From Auanema rhodensis (Eukaryota > Animalia > Nematoda), in contig CAXKVF010000002.1 of assembly GCA_964057225.1 (NCBI GenBank), positions 62,001 through 126,000 of the forward strand: a DNA stretch of 64,000 bases. The letters are read 5' to 3'. Shown here piece by piece: positions 14,070 to 29,200 of the stretch. The notes beneath the pieces are model-generated. The model saw only the letters and a program-made list of their open reading frames with translations, was not told the DNA's origin and did not search any database. How positions within the stretch are numbered: position 1 is the first letter of the stretch; each line of letters opens with the position of its first letter. The translations under genes were made by a program, and so were the position numbers.

Positions 14070-17000
14070 GAACACCGTGATATGAAGTTGTAATACTGTT
14101 TTTTTCATATTTTCTTAAAGAATATACAAAACCTAAATATGTTCACTTGAAATGTACAACACAATTAGAAATCGCAATATATTGTATCGAGGAAAAACTC
14201 AAGGAAGATGCATATTTATCGTCTGTATTGCACATTTCAACACGGTGGAATGAAGTTGTAATATTTTTTTTTTCATATTTTCTTAAAGAATATACAAAAC
14301 CTAAATATCTTCACATGAAATGTACAACACAATTAGAAATCGCAATATATTGTATCGAGGAAAAACTCAAGGAAGATGCATATTTATCGTCTGTATTGCA
14401 CATTTCAACACCGTGGAATGATGTTGTAATACTGTTTTTTTCATATTTTCTTAAAGAATATACAAAACCTAAATATCTTCACTTGAAATGTACAACACAG
14501 TTTGAAATCGCAATATATTGTATCGAGAAAAAACTCGAGGAAGATGCATATTTATCGTCTGTGTTGCACATTTCAACACGGTGGAATGAAGTTGTAATAT
14601 TTTTTTTTTCATATTTTCTTAAAGAATATACAAAACCTAAATATCTTCACATGAAATGTACAACACAATTAGAAATCGCAATATATTGTATCCAGGAAAA
14701 ACTCAAGGAAGATGCATATTTATCGTCTGTATTGCACATTTCAACACGGTGGAATGAAGTTATAATATTTTTTTTTTCATATTTTCTTAAAGAATATACA
14801 AAACCTAAATATCTTCACTTGAAATGTACAACACAATTAGAAATCGCAATATATTGTATCGAGGAAAAACTCAAGGAAGATGCATATTTATCGTCTGTAT
14901 TGCACATTTCAACACTGTGGAATGAAGTTGTAATATTTTTTTTTCATATTTTCTTAAAGAATATACAAAACCTTAGTATCTTCACTTGAAATGTACAACA
15001 CAGTTTGAAATCGCAATATATTGTATCGAGGAAAAACTCAAGGAAGATGCATATTTATCGTCTGTATTGCACATTTCAACACCGTGGAATGAAGTTGTAA
15101 TATTTTTTTTTTCATATTTTCTTAAAGAATATACAAAACCTTAGTATCTTCACTTGAAATGTACAACACAGTTTGAAATCGCAATATATTGTATCGAGGA
15201 AAAACTCAAGGAAGATGCATATTTATCGTCTGTATTGCACATTTCAACACCGTGGAATGAAGTTGTAATACTGTTTTTTTCATATTTTCTTAAGGAATAT
15301 ACAAAAACTAAATATCTTCACTTGAAATGTACAACACAGTTTGAAATCGCAATATATTGTATCGAGGAAAAACTCAAGGAAGATGCATATTTATCGTCTG
15401 TATTGCACATTTCAACACGGTGGAATGAAGTTGTAATATTTTTTTTTTCATATTTTCTTAAAGAATATACAAAACCTAAATATCTTCACTTGAAATGTAC
15501 AACACAATTAGAAATCGCAATATATTGTATCGAGGAAAAACTCAAGGAAGATGCATATTTATCGTCTGTATTGCACATTTCAACACCGTGATATGAAGTT
15601 GTAATACTGTTTTTTTCATATTTTCTTAAAGAATATACAAAACCTAAATATGTTCACTTGAAATGTACAACACAATTAGAAATCGCAATATATTGTATCG
15701 AGGAAAAACTCAAGGAAGATGCATATTTATCGTCTGTATTGCACATTTCAACACCGTGGAATGAAGTTTTAATACTGTTTTTTTCATATTTTCTTAGAGA
15801 ATATACAAAACCTAAATATCTTCACTTGAAATGTACAACACAGTTTAAAATCGCAATATATTGTATCGAGGAAAAACTCAAGGAAGATGCATATTTATCG
15901 TCTGTATTGCACATTTCAACACCGTGGAATGAAGTTTTAATACTGTTTTTTTCATATTTTCTTAGAGAATATACAAAACCTAAATATCTTCACATGAAAT
16001 GTACAACACAATTAGAAATCGCAATATATTGTATCGAGGAAAAACTCAAGGAAGATGCATATTTATCGTCTGTATTGCACATTTCAACACCGTGGAATGA
16101 AGTTTTAATACTGTTTTTTTCATATTTTCTTAGAGAATATACAAAACCTAAATATCTTCACTTGAAATGTACAACACAGTTTAAAATCGCAATATATTGT
16201 ATCGAGAAAAAACTCGAGGAAGATGCATATTTATCGTCTGTGTTGCACATTTCAACACGGTGGAATGAAGTTGTAATATTTTTTTTTTCATATTTTCTTA
16301 AAGAATATACAAAACCTAAATATCTTCACATGAAATGTACAACACAATTAGAAATCGCAATATATTGTATCGAGGAAAAACTCAAGGAAGATACATATTT
16401 ATCGTCTGTATTGCACATTTCAACACCGTGGAATGAAGTTGTAATATTTTTTTTTTCATATTTTCTTAAAGAATATACAGAACCTAAATATCTTCACATG
16501 AAATGTACAACACAATTAGAAATTGCAATATATTGTGTCGAGGAAAAACTCAAGGTAGATGCATATTTATCGTCTGTATTGCACATTTCAACACGGTGGA
16601 ATGAAGTTGTAATATTTTTTTTTTCATATTTTCTTAAAGAATATACAAAACCTAAATATCTTCACATGAAATGTACAACACAATTAGAAATTGCAATATA
16701 TTGTGTCGAGGAAAAACTCAAGGTAGATGCATATTTATCGTCTGTATTGCACATTTCAACACGGTGGAATGAAGTTGTAATATTTTTTTTTTCATATTTT
16801 TTTAAAGAATATACAAAACCTTAGTATTTTCACTTGAAATGTACAACACAATTAGAAAACGCAATATATTGTATCGAGAAAAAACTCGAGGAAGATGCAT
16901 ATTTATCGTCTGTGTTGCACATTTCAACACGGTGGAATGAAGTTGTAATATTTTTTTTTTCATATTTTCTTAAAGAATATACAAAACCTAAATATCTTCA

Positions 17001-20000
17001 CTTGAAATGTACAACACAATTAGTAATCGCAATATATTGTATCGAGGAAAAACTCAAGGAAGATGCATATTTATCGTCTGTATTGCACATTTCAACACCG
17101 TGGAATGAAGTTGTAATATTTTTTTTTTCATATTTTCTTAAAGAATATACAGAACCTAAATATCTTCACATGAAATGTACAACACAATTAGAAATTGCAA
17201 TATATTGTGTCGAGGAAAAACTCAAGGTAGATGCATATTTATCGTCTGTATTGCACATTTCAACACGGTGGAATGAAGTTGTAATATTTTTTTTTTCATA
17301 TTTTCTTAAAGAATATACAAAACCTAAATATCTTCACATGAAATGTACAACACAATTAGAAATTGCAATATATTGTGTCGAGGAAAAACTCAAGGTAGAT
17401 GCATATTTATCGTCTGTATTGCACATTTCAACACGGTGGAATGAAGTTGTAATATTTTTTTTTTCATATTTTTTTAAAGAATATACAAAACCTTAGTATT
17501 TTCACTTGAAATGTACAACACAATTAGAAAACGCAATATATTGTATCGAGGAAAAACTCAAGGAAGATGCATATTTATCGTCTGTGTTGCACATTTCAAC
17601 ACGGTGGAATGAAGTTGTAATATTTTTTTTTTCATATTTTCTTAAAGAATATACAAAACCTAAATATCTTCACATGAAATGTACAACACAATTAGAAATC
17701 GCAATATATTGTATCGAGGAAAAACTCAAGGAAGATGCATATTTATCGTCTGTATTGCACATTTCAACACCGTGGAATGATGTTGTAATACTGTTTTTTT
17801 CATATTTTCTTAAAGAATATACAAAACCTAAATATCTTCACTTGAAATGTACAACACAGTTTAAAATCGCAATATATTGTATCGAGAAAAAACTCGAGGA
17901 AGATGCATATTTATCGTCTGTGTTGCACATTTCAACACGGTGGAATGAAGTTGTAATATTTTTTTTTTCATATTTTCTTAAAGAATATACAAAACCTAAA
18001 TATCTTCACTTGAAATGTACAACACAATTAGAAATCGCAATATATTGTATCGAGGAAAAACTCAAGGAAGATGCATATTTATCGTCTGTATTGCACATTT
18101 CAACACTGTGGAATGAAGTTGTAATATTTTTTTTTCATATTTTCTTAAAGAATATACAAAACCTTAGTATCTTCACTTGAAATGTACAACACAGTTTGAA
18201 ATCGCAATATATTGTATCGAGGAAAAACTCAAGGAAGATGCATATTTATCGTCTGTATTGCACATTTCAACACCGTGGAATGAAGTTGTAATATTTTTTT
18301 TTTCATATTTTCTTAAAGAATATACAAAACCTTAGTATCTTCACTTGAAATGTACAACACAGTTTGAAATCGCAATATATTGTATCGAGGAAAAACTCAA
18401 GGAAGATGCATATTTATCGTCTGTATTGCACATTTCAACACCGTGGAATGAAGTTGTAATACTGTTTTTTTCATATTTTCTTAAGGAATATACAAAAACT
18501 AAATATCTTCACTTGAAATGTACAACACAGTTTGAAATCGCAATATATTGTATCGAGGAAAAACTCAAGGAAGATGCATATTTATCGTCTGTATTGCACA
18601 TTTCAACACCGTGGAATGAAGTTGTAATATTTTTTTTTTCATATTTTCTTAAAGAATATACAAAACCTAAATATCTTCACTTGAAATGTACAACACAATT
18701 AGAAATCGCAATATATTGTATCGAGGAAAAACTCAAGGAAGATGCATATTTATCGTCTGTATTGCACATTTCAACACCGTGATATGAAGTTGTAATACTG
18801 TTTTTTTCATATTTTCTTAAAGAATATACAAAACCTAAATATGTTCACTTGAAATGTACAACACAATTAGAAATCGCAATATATTGTATCGAGGAAAAAC
18901 TCAAGGAAGATGCATATTTATCGTCTGTATTGCACATTTCAACACCGTGGAATGAAGTTTTAATACTGTTTTTTTCATATTTTCTTAGAGAATATACAAA
19001 ACCTAAATATCTTCACTTGAAATGTACAACACAGTTTAAAATCGCAATATATTGTATCGAGGAAAAACTCAAGGAAGATGCATATTTATCGTCTGTATTG
19101 CACATTTCAACACCGTGGAATGAAGTTTTAATACTGTTTTTTTCATATTTTCTCAGAGAATATACAAAACCTAAATATCTTCACATGAAATGTACAACAC
19201 AATTAGAAATCGCAATATATTGTATCGAGGAAAAACTCAAGGAAGATGCATATTTATCGTCTGTATTGCACATTTCAACACCGTGGAATGAAGTTTTAAT
19301 ACTGTTTTTTTCATATTTTCTTAGAGAATATACAAAACCTAAATATCTTCACTTGAAATGTACAACACAGTTCAAAATCGCAATATATTGTATCGAGGAA
19401 AAACTCAAGGAAGATGCATATTTATCGTCTGTATTGCACATTTCAACACTGTGGAATGAAGTTGTAATATTTTTTTTTCATATTTTCTTAAAGAATATAC
19501 AAAACCTAAATATCTTCACTTGAAATGTACAACACAATTAGAAATCGCAATATATTGTATCGAGGAAAAACTCAAGGAAGATGCATATTTATCGTCTGTA
19601 TTGCACATTTCAACACTGTGGAATGAAGTTGTAATATTTTTTTTTCATATTTTCTTAAAGAATATACAAAACCTTAGTATCTTCACTTGAAATGTACAAC
19701 ACAGTTTGAAATCGCAATATATTGTATCGAGGAAAAACTCAAGGAAGATGCATATTTATCGTCTGTATTGCACATTTCAACACCGTGGAATGAAGTTGTA
19801 ATATTTTTTTTTTCATATTTTCTTAAAGAATATACAAAACCTTAGTATCTTCACTTGAAATGTACAACACAGTTTGAAATCGCAATATATTGTATCGAGG
19901 AAAAACTCAAGGAAGATGCATATTTATCGTCTGTATTGCACATTTCAACACCGTGGAATGAAGTTGTAATACTGTTTTTTTCAAAATTTTTTAAGGAATA

Positions 20001-20254
20001 TACAAAAACTAAATATCTTCACTTGAAATGTACAACACAGTTTGAAATCGCAATATATTGTATCGAGGAAAAACTCAAGGAAGATGCATATTTATCGTCT
20101 GTATTGCACATTTCAACACCGTGGAATGAAGTTGTAATATTTTTTTTTTCATATTTTCTTAAAGAATATACAAAACCTAAATATCTTCACTTGAAATGTA
20201 CAACACAATTAGAAATCGCAATATATTGTATCGAGGAAAAACTCAAGGAAGATG

Positions 20255-20290
20255 CATATTTATTTATATATTTATATTTATCGTGATATG
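20255..20290 (+). other. Single-copy complex indel: +18 bp iterated AT-rich insertion and -24 bp deletion
   Basis: catatttatTTATATATTTATATTTATcgt|gatatg. ORF starts 19855 and 20353 are 498 bp apart (3x168-6), which fits +18-24. Confidence 0.93.
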
Positions 20291-22033
20291 AAGTTGTAAT
20301 ACTGTTTTTTTCATATTTTCTTACAGAATATACAAAACCTAAATATGTTCACTTGAAATGTACAACACAATTAGAAATCGCAATATATTGTATCGAGGAA
20401 AAACTCAAGGAAGATGCATATTTATCGTCTGTATTGCACATTTCAACACCGTGGAATGAAGTTTTAATACTGTTTTTTTCATATTTTCTTAGAGAATATA
20501 CAAAACCTAAATATCTTCACTTGAAATGTACAACACAGTTTAAAATCGCAATATATTGTATCGAGGAAAAACTCAAGGAAGATGCATATTTATCGTCTGT
20601 ATTGCACATTTCAACACCGTGGAATGAAGTTTTAATACTGTTTTTTTCATATTTTCTTAAAGAATATACAAAACCTAAATATTTTCACTTGAAATGTACA
20701 ACACAGTTTAAAATCGCAATATATTGTATCGAGAAAAAACTCGAGGAAGATGCATATTTATCGTCTGTGTTGCACATTTCAACACGGTGGAATGAAGTTG
20801 TAATATTTTTTTTTTCATATTTTCTTAAAGAATATACAAAACCTAAATATCTTCACATGAAATGTACAACACAATTAGAAATCGCAATATATTGTATCGA
20901 GGAAAAACTCAAGGAAGATGCATATTTATCGTCTGTATTGCACATTTCAACACCGTGGTATGAAGTTGTAATACTGTTTTTTTCATATTTTCTTAAAGAA
21001 TATACAGAACCTAAATATCTTCACTTGAAATGTAAAATACAGTTTAAAATCGCAATATATTGTGTCTAGGAAAAACTCAAGGTAGATGCATATTTATCGT
21101 CTGTATTGCACATTTCAACACGGTGGAATGAAGTTGTAATATTTTTTTTTTCATATTTTCTTAAAGAATATACAAAACCTTAGTATTTTCACTTGAAATG
21201 TACAACACAATTAGAAAACGCAATATATTGTATCGAGGAAAAACTCAAGGAAGATGCATATTTATCGTCTGTATTGCACATTTCAACACCGTGGTATGAA
21301 GTTGTAATACTGTTTTTTTCATATTTTCTTAAAGAATATACAAAACCTAAATATCTTCACTTGAAATGTACAACACAGTTTAAAATCGCAATATATTGTA
21401 TCGAGAAAAAACTCAAGGAAGATGCATATTTATCGTCTGTATTGCACATTTCAACACCGTGGAATGAAGTTGTAATATTTTTTTTTTCATATTTTCTTGA
21501 AGAATATACAAAACCTTAGTATTTTCACTTGAAATGTACAACACAATTAGAAAACGCAATATATTGTATCGAGGAAAAACTCAAGGAAGATGCATATTTA
21601 TCGTCTGTATTGCACATTTCAACACGGTGGAATGAAGTTGTAATATTTTTTTTTCATATTTTCTTAAAGAATATACAAAACCTAAATATCTTCACATGAA
21701 ATGTACAACACAATTAGAAATCGCAATATATTGTATCGAGGAAAAACTCAAGGAAGATGCATATTTATCGTCTGTATTGCACATTTCAACACCGTGGAAT
21801 GATGTTGTAATACTGTTTTTTTCATATTTTCTTAAAGAATATACAAAACCTAAATATCTTCACTTGAAATGTACAACACAGTTTAAAATCGCAATATATT
21901 GTATCGAGGAAAAACTCAAGGAAGATGCATATTTATCGTCTGTATTGCACATTTCAACACCGTGGAATGAAGTTTTAATACTGTTTTTTTCATATTTTCT
22001 TAGAGAATATACAAAACCTAAATATCTTCACTT

Positions 22034-22176
22034 GAAATGTACAACACAGTTCAAAATCGCAAGGAAGATGCATATTTATCGTCTGTATTGCACATTTCAA
22101 CACCGTGGAATGAAGTTTTAATACTGTTTTTTTCATATTTTCTTAGAGAATATACAAAACCTAAATATCTTCACTT
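22034..22176 (+). other. 143-bp monomer with the 25-bp deletion only; 6 copies with junctions at about 22060, 30265, 44521, 48524, 51018, 59052
   Basis: cagttcaaaatcgcaaggaagatg with a normal upstream cttcacttgaaatg. Matches the MYNTVQNRK ORFs at 22037, 30242, 44498, 48501, 50995, 59029. Confidence 0.95.
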
Positions 22177-25100
22177 GAAATGTACAACACAGTTTAAAAT
22201 CGCAATATATTGTATCGAGGAAAAACTCAAGGAAGATGCATATTTATCGTCTGTATTGCACATTTCAACACGGTGGAATGAAGTTGTAATATTTTTTTTT
22301 CATATTTTCTTAAAGAATATACAAAACCTAAATATCTTCACATGAAATGTACAACACAATTAGAAATTGCAATATATTGTATCGAGGAAAAACTCAAGGA
22401 AGATGCATATTTATCGTCTGTATTGCACATTTCAACACCGTGGAATGAAGTTGTAATACTGTTTTTTTCATATTTTCTTAAAGAATATACAAAACCTAAA
22501 TATCTTCACTTGAAATGTACAACACAGTTTAAAATCGCAATATATTGTATCGAGAAAAAACTCGAGGAAGATGCATATTTATCGTCTGTGTTGCACATTT
22601 CAACACGGTGGAATGAAGTTGTAATATTTTTTTTTCATATTTTTTTAAAGAATATACAAAACCTAAATATCTTCACATGAAATGTACAACACAATTAGAA
22701 ATCGCAATATATTGTATCGAGGAAAAACTCAAGGAAGATGCATATTTATCGTCTGTATTGCACATTTCAACACCGTGGAATGAAGTTTTAATACTGTTTT
22801 TTTCATATTTTCTTAGAGAATATTCAAAACCTAAATATCTTCACTTGAAATGTACAACACAGTTCAAAATCGCAATATATTGTATCGAGGAAAAACTCAA
22901 GGAAGATGCATATTTATCGTCTGTATTGCACATTTCAACACTGTGGAATGAAGTTGTAATATTTTTTTTTCATATTTTCTTAAAGAATATACAAAACCTA
23001 AATATCTTCACTTGAAATGTACAACACAATTAGAAATCGCAATATATTGTATCGAGGAAAAACTCAAGGAAGATGCATATTTATCGTCTGTATTGCACAT
23101 TTCAACACTGTGGAATGAAGTTGTAATATTTTTTTTTCATATTTTCTTAAAGAATATACAAAACCTTAGTATCTTCACTTGAAATGTACAACACAGTTTG
23201 AAATCGCAATATATTGTATCGAGGAAAAACTCAAGGAAGATGCATATTTATCGTCTGTATTGCACATTTCAACACCGTGGAATGAAGTTGTAATATTTTT
23301 TTTTTCATAGTTTCTTAAAGAATATACAAAACCTAAATATCTTCACATGAAATGTACAACACAATTAGAAATCGCAATATATTGTATCGAGGAAAAACTC
23401 AAGGAAGATGCATATTTATCGTCTGTATTGCACATTTCAACACTGTGAAATGAAGTTGTAATATTTTTTTTTTCATATTTTCTTAAAGAATATACAAAAC
23501 CTAAATATCTTCATATGAAATGTACAACACAATTAGAAATCGCAATATATTGTATCGAGGAAAAACTCAAGGAAGATGCATATTTATCGTCTGTATTGCA
23601 CATTTCAACACGGTGGAATGAAGTTGTAATATTTTTTTTTTTCATATTTTCTTAAAGAATATACAGAACCTAAATATCTTCACATGAAATGTACAACACA
23701 GTTTGAAATCGCAATATATTGTATCGAGGAAAAACTCAAGGAAGATGCATATTTATCGTCTGTATTGCACATTTCAACACCGTGGAATGAAGTTCTAATA
23801 TTTTTTTTTTCATATTTTCTTAAAGAATATACAAAACCTTAGTATCTTCACTTGAAATGTACAACACAGTTTGAAATCGCAATATATTGTATCGAGGAAA
23901 AACTCAAGGAAGATGCATATTTATCGTCTGTATTGCACATTTCAACACCGTGGAATGAAGTTCTAATATTTTTTTTTTCATATTTTCTTAAAGAATATAC
24001 AAAACCTTAGTATCTTCACTTGAAATGTACAACACAGTTTGAAATCGCAATATATTGTATCGAGGAAAAACTCAAGGAAGATGCATATTTATCGTCTATA
24101 TTGCACATTTCAACACCGTGATATGAAGTTGTAATACTGTTTTTTTCATATTTTCTTAAAGAATATACAAAACCTAAATATGTTCCCTTGAAATGTACAA
24201 CACAATTAGAAATCGCAATATATTGTATCGAGGAAAAACTCAAGGAAGATGCATATTTATCGTCTGTATTGCACATTTCAACACCGTGGAATGAAGTTGT
24301 AATATTTTTTTTTTCATATTTTCTTAAAGAATATACAGAACCTAAATATCTTCACTTGAAATGTACAACACAGTTTAAAATCGCAATATATTGTATCGAG
24401 GAAAAACTCAAGGAAGATGCATATTTATCGTCTGTATTGCACATTTCAACACCGTGATATGAAGTTGTAATACTGTTTTTTTCATATTTTCTTAAAGAAT
24501 ATACAAAACCTAAATATCTTCACATGAAATGTACAACACAATTAGAAATCGCAATATATTGTATCGAGGAAAAACTCAAGGAAGATGCATATTTATCGTC
24601 TGTATTGCACATTTCAACACCGTGGAATGAAGTTGTAATACTGTTTTTTTCATATTTTCTTAAAGAATATACAAAACCTAAATATTTTCACTTGAAATGT
24701 ACAACACAGTTTAAAATCGCAATATATTGTATCGAGAAAAAACTCGAGGAAGATGCATATTTATCGTCTGTATTGCACATTTCAACACGGTGGAATGAAG
24801 TTGTAATATTTTTTTTTTTCATATTTTCTTAAAGAATATACAAAACCTAAATATCTTCACATGAAATGTACAACACAATTAGAAATCGCAATATATTGTA
24901 TCGAGGAAAAACTCAAGGAAGATACATATTTATCGTCTGTATTGCACATTTCAACACCGTGGAATGAAGTTGTAATATTTTTTTTTTCATATTTTCTTAA
25001 AGAATATACAAAACCTAAATATTTTCACTTGAAATGTACAACACAGTTTAAAATCGCAATATATTGTATCGAGGAAAAACTCAAGGAAGATGCATATTTA

Positions 25101-26250
25101 TCGTCTGTATTGCACATTTCAACACCGTGGAATGAAGTTTTAATACTGTTTTTTTCATATTTTCTTAAAGAATATACAAAACCTAAATATCTTCACTTGA
25201 AATGTACAACACAGTTTAAAATCGCAATATATTGTATCGAGGAAAAACTCAAGGAAGATGCATATTTATCGTCTGTATTGCACATTTCAACACCGTGGAA
25301 TGAAGTTTTAATACTGTTTTTTTCATATTTTCTTAAAGAATATACAAAACCTAAATATCTTCACTTGAAATGTACAACACAGTTTAAAATCGCAATATAT
25401 TGTATCGAGGAAAAACTCAAGGAAGATGCATATTTATCGTCTGTATTGCACATTTCAACACCGTGGTATGAAGTTGTAATACTGTTTTTTTCATATTTTC
25501 TTAAAGAATATACAAAACCTAAATATCTTCACTTGAAATGTACAACACAGTTTAAAATCGCAATATATTGTATCGAGAAAAAACTCAAGGAAGATGCATA
25601 TTTATCGTCTGTATTGCACATTTCAACACCGTGGTATGAAGTTGTAATACTGTTTTTTTCATATTTTCTTAAGGAATATACAAAACCTAAATATCTTCAC
25701 ATGAAATGTACAACACAATTAGAAATTGCAATATATTGTATCGAGGAAAAACTCAAGGAAGATGCATATTTATCGTCTGTATTGCACATTTCAACACCGT
25801 GGAATGAAGTTGTAATATTTTTTTTTTCATATTTTCTTAAAGAATATACAAAACCTAAATATCTTCACTTGAAATGTACAACACAATTAGAAATCGCAAT
25901 ATATTGTATCGAGGAAAAACTCAAGGAAGATGCATATTTATCGTCTGTATTGCACATTTCAACACCGTGATATGAAGTTGTAATACTGTTTTTTTCATAT
26001 TTTCTTAAAGAATATACAAAACCTAAATATGTTCACTTGAAATGTACAACACAATTAGAAATCGCAATATATTGTATCGAGGAAAAACTCAAGGAAGATG
26101 CATATTTATCGTCTGTATTGCACATTTCAACACCGTGGAATGAAGTTTTAATACTGTTTTTTTCATATTTTCTTAGAGAATATACAAAACCTAAATATCT
26201 TCACTTGAAATGTACAACACAGTTTAAAATCGCAATATATTGTATCGAGG

Positions 26251-29200
26251 AAAAACTCGAGGAAGATGCATATTTATCGTCTGTGTTGCACATTTCAACA
26301 CGGTGGAATGAAGTTGTAATATTTTTTTTTTCATATTTTCTTAAAGAATATACAAAACCTAAATATCTTCACATGAAATGTACAACACAATTAGAAATCG
26401 CAATATATTGTATCGAGGAAAAACTCAAGGAAGATACATATTTATCGTCTGTATTGCACATTTCAACACCGTGGAATGAAGTTGTAATATTTTTTTTTTC
26501 ATATTTTCTTAAAGAATATACAGAACCTAAATATCTTCACATGAAATGTACAACACAATTAGAAATTGCAATATATTGTGTCGAGGAAAAACTCAAGGTA
26601 GATGCATATTTATCGTCTGTATTGCACATTTCAACACGGTGGAATGAAGTTGTAATATTTTTTTTTTCATATTTTCTTAAAGAATATACAAAACCTAAAT
26701 ATCTTCACATGAAATGTACAACACAATTAGAAATTGCAATATATTGTGTCGAGGAAAAACTCAAGGTAGATGCATATTTATCGTCTGTATTGCACATTTC
26801 AACACGGTGGAATGAAGTTGTAATATTTTTTTTTTCATATTTTTTTAAAGAATATACAAAACCTTAGTATTTTCACTTGAAATGTACAACACAATTAGAA
26901 AACGCAATATATTGTATCGAGGAAAAACTCAAGGAAGATGCATATTTATCGTCTGTATTGCACATTTCAACACCGTGGTATGAAGTTGTAATACTGTTTT
27001 TTTCATATTTTCTTAAAGAATATACAAAATCTTAGTATCTTCACTTGAAATGTACAACACAGTTTGAAATCGCAATATATTGTATCGAGGAAAAACTCAA
27101 GGAAGATGCATATTTATCGTCTGTATTGCACATTTCAACACCGTGGAATGAAGTTGTAATATTTTTTTTTTCATATTTTCTTAAAGAATATACAAAACCT
27201 AAATATCTTCACTTGAAATGTACAACACAATTAGAAATCCCAATGTATTGTATCGAGGAAAAACTCAAGGAAGATGCATATTTATCGTCTGTATTGCACA
27301 TTTCAACACCGTGGAATGAAGTTTTAATACTGTTTTTTTCATATTTTCTTAGAGAATATACAAAACCTAAATATCTTCACTTGAAATCTACAACACAGTT
27401 TAAAATCGCAATATATTGTATCGAGGAAAAACTCAAGGAAGATGCATATTTATCGTCTGTATTGCACATTTCAACACCGTGGAATGATGTTGTAATACTG
27501 TTTTTTTCATATTTTCTTAAAGAATATACAAAACCTAAATATGTTCACTTGAAATGTACAACACAATTAGAAATCGCAATATATTGTATCGAGGAAAAAC
27601 TCAAGGAAGATGCATATTTATCGTCTGTATTGCACATTTCAACACGGTGGAATGAAGTTGTAATATTTTTTTTTTCATATTTTCTTAAAGAATATACAAA
27701 ACCTAAATATCTTCACATGAAATGTACAACACAATTAGAAATCGCAATATATTGTATCGAGGAAAAACTCAAGGAAGATGCATATTTATCGTCTGTATTG
27801 CACATTTCAACACCGTGGAATGATGTTGTAATACTGTTTTTTTCATATTTTCTTAAAGAATATACAAAACCTAAATATCTTCACTTGAAATGTACAACAC
27901 AGTTTAAAATCGCAATATATTGTATCGAGGAAAAACTCAAGGAAGATGCATATTTATCGTCTGTATTGCACATTTCAACACCGTGGAATGAAGTTTTAAT
28001 ACTGTTTTTTTCATATTTTCTTAGAGAATATACAAAACCTAAATATCTTCACTTGAAATGTACAACACAGTTTAAAATCGCAATATATTGTATCGAGGAA
28101 AAACTCAAGGAAGATGCATATTTATCGTCTGTATTGCACATTTCAACACCGTGGAATGAAGTTTTAATACTGTTTTTTTCATATTTTCTTAGAGAATATA
28201 CAAAACCTAAATATCTTCACATGAAATGTACAACACAATTAGAAATCGCAATATATTGTATCGAGGAAAAACTCAAGGAAGATGCATATTTATCGTCTGT
28301 ATTGCACATTTCAACACCGTGGAATGAAGTTTTAATACTGTTTTTTTCATATTTTCTTAAAGAATATACAAAACCTAAATATTTTCACTTGAAATGTACA
28401 ACACAGTTTAAAATCGCAATATATTGTATCGAGAAAAAACTCGAGGAAGATGCATATTTATCGTCTGTGTTGCACATTTCAACACGGTGGAATGAAGTTG
28501 TAATATTTTTTTTTTCATATTTTCTTAAAGAATATACAAAACCTAAATATCTTCACATGAAATGTACAACACAATTAGAAATCGCAATATATTGTATCGA
28601 GGAAAAACTCAAGGAAGATACATATTTATCGTCTGTATTGCACATTTCAACACCGTGGAATGAAGTTGTAATATTTTTTTTTTCATATTTTCTTAAAGAA
28701 TATACAGAACCTAAATATCTTCACATGAAATGTACAACACAATTAGAAATTGCAATATATTGTGTCGAGGAAAAACTCAAGGTAGATGCATATTTATCGT
28801 CTGTATTGCACATTTCAACACGGTGGAATGAAGTTGTAATATTTTTTTTTTCATATTTTCTCAAAGAATATACAAAACCTAAATATCTTCACATGAAATG
28901 TACAACACAATTAGAAATTGCAATATATTGTGTCGAGGAAAAACTCAAGGTAGATGCATATTTATCGTCTGTATTGCACATTTCAACACGGTGGAATGAA
29001 GTTGTAATATTTTTTTTTTCATATTTTTTTAAAGAATATACAAAACCTTAGTATTTTCACTTGAAATGTACAACACAATTAGAAAACGCAATATATTGTA
29101 TCGAGGAAAAACTCAAGGAAGATGCATATTTATCGTCTGTATTGCACATTTCAACACCGTGGTATGAAGTTGTAATACTGTTTTTTTCATATTTTCTTAA

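Noticed and set aside
24016-24276. Minus-strand ORFs (also 47148 and 62853) as inversions or genes
   Set aside because: Monomer orientation is unchanged. A single a-to-c SNP removes a TGA, so the ORFs only mark a duplicated block.
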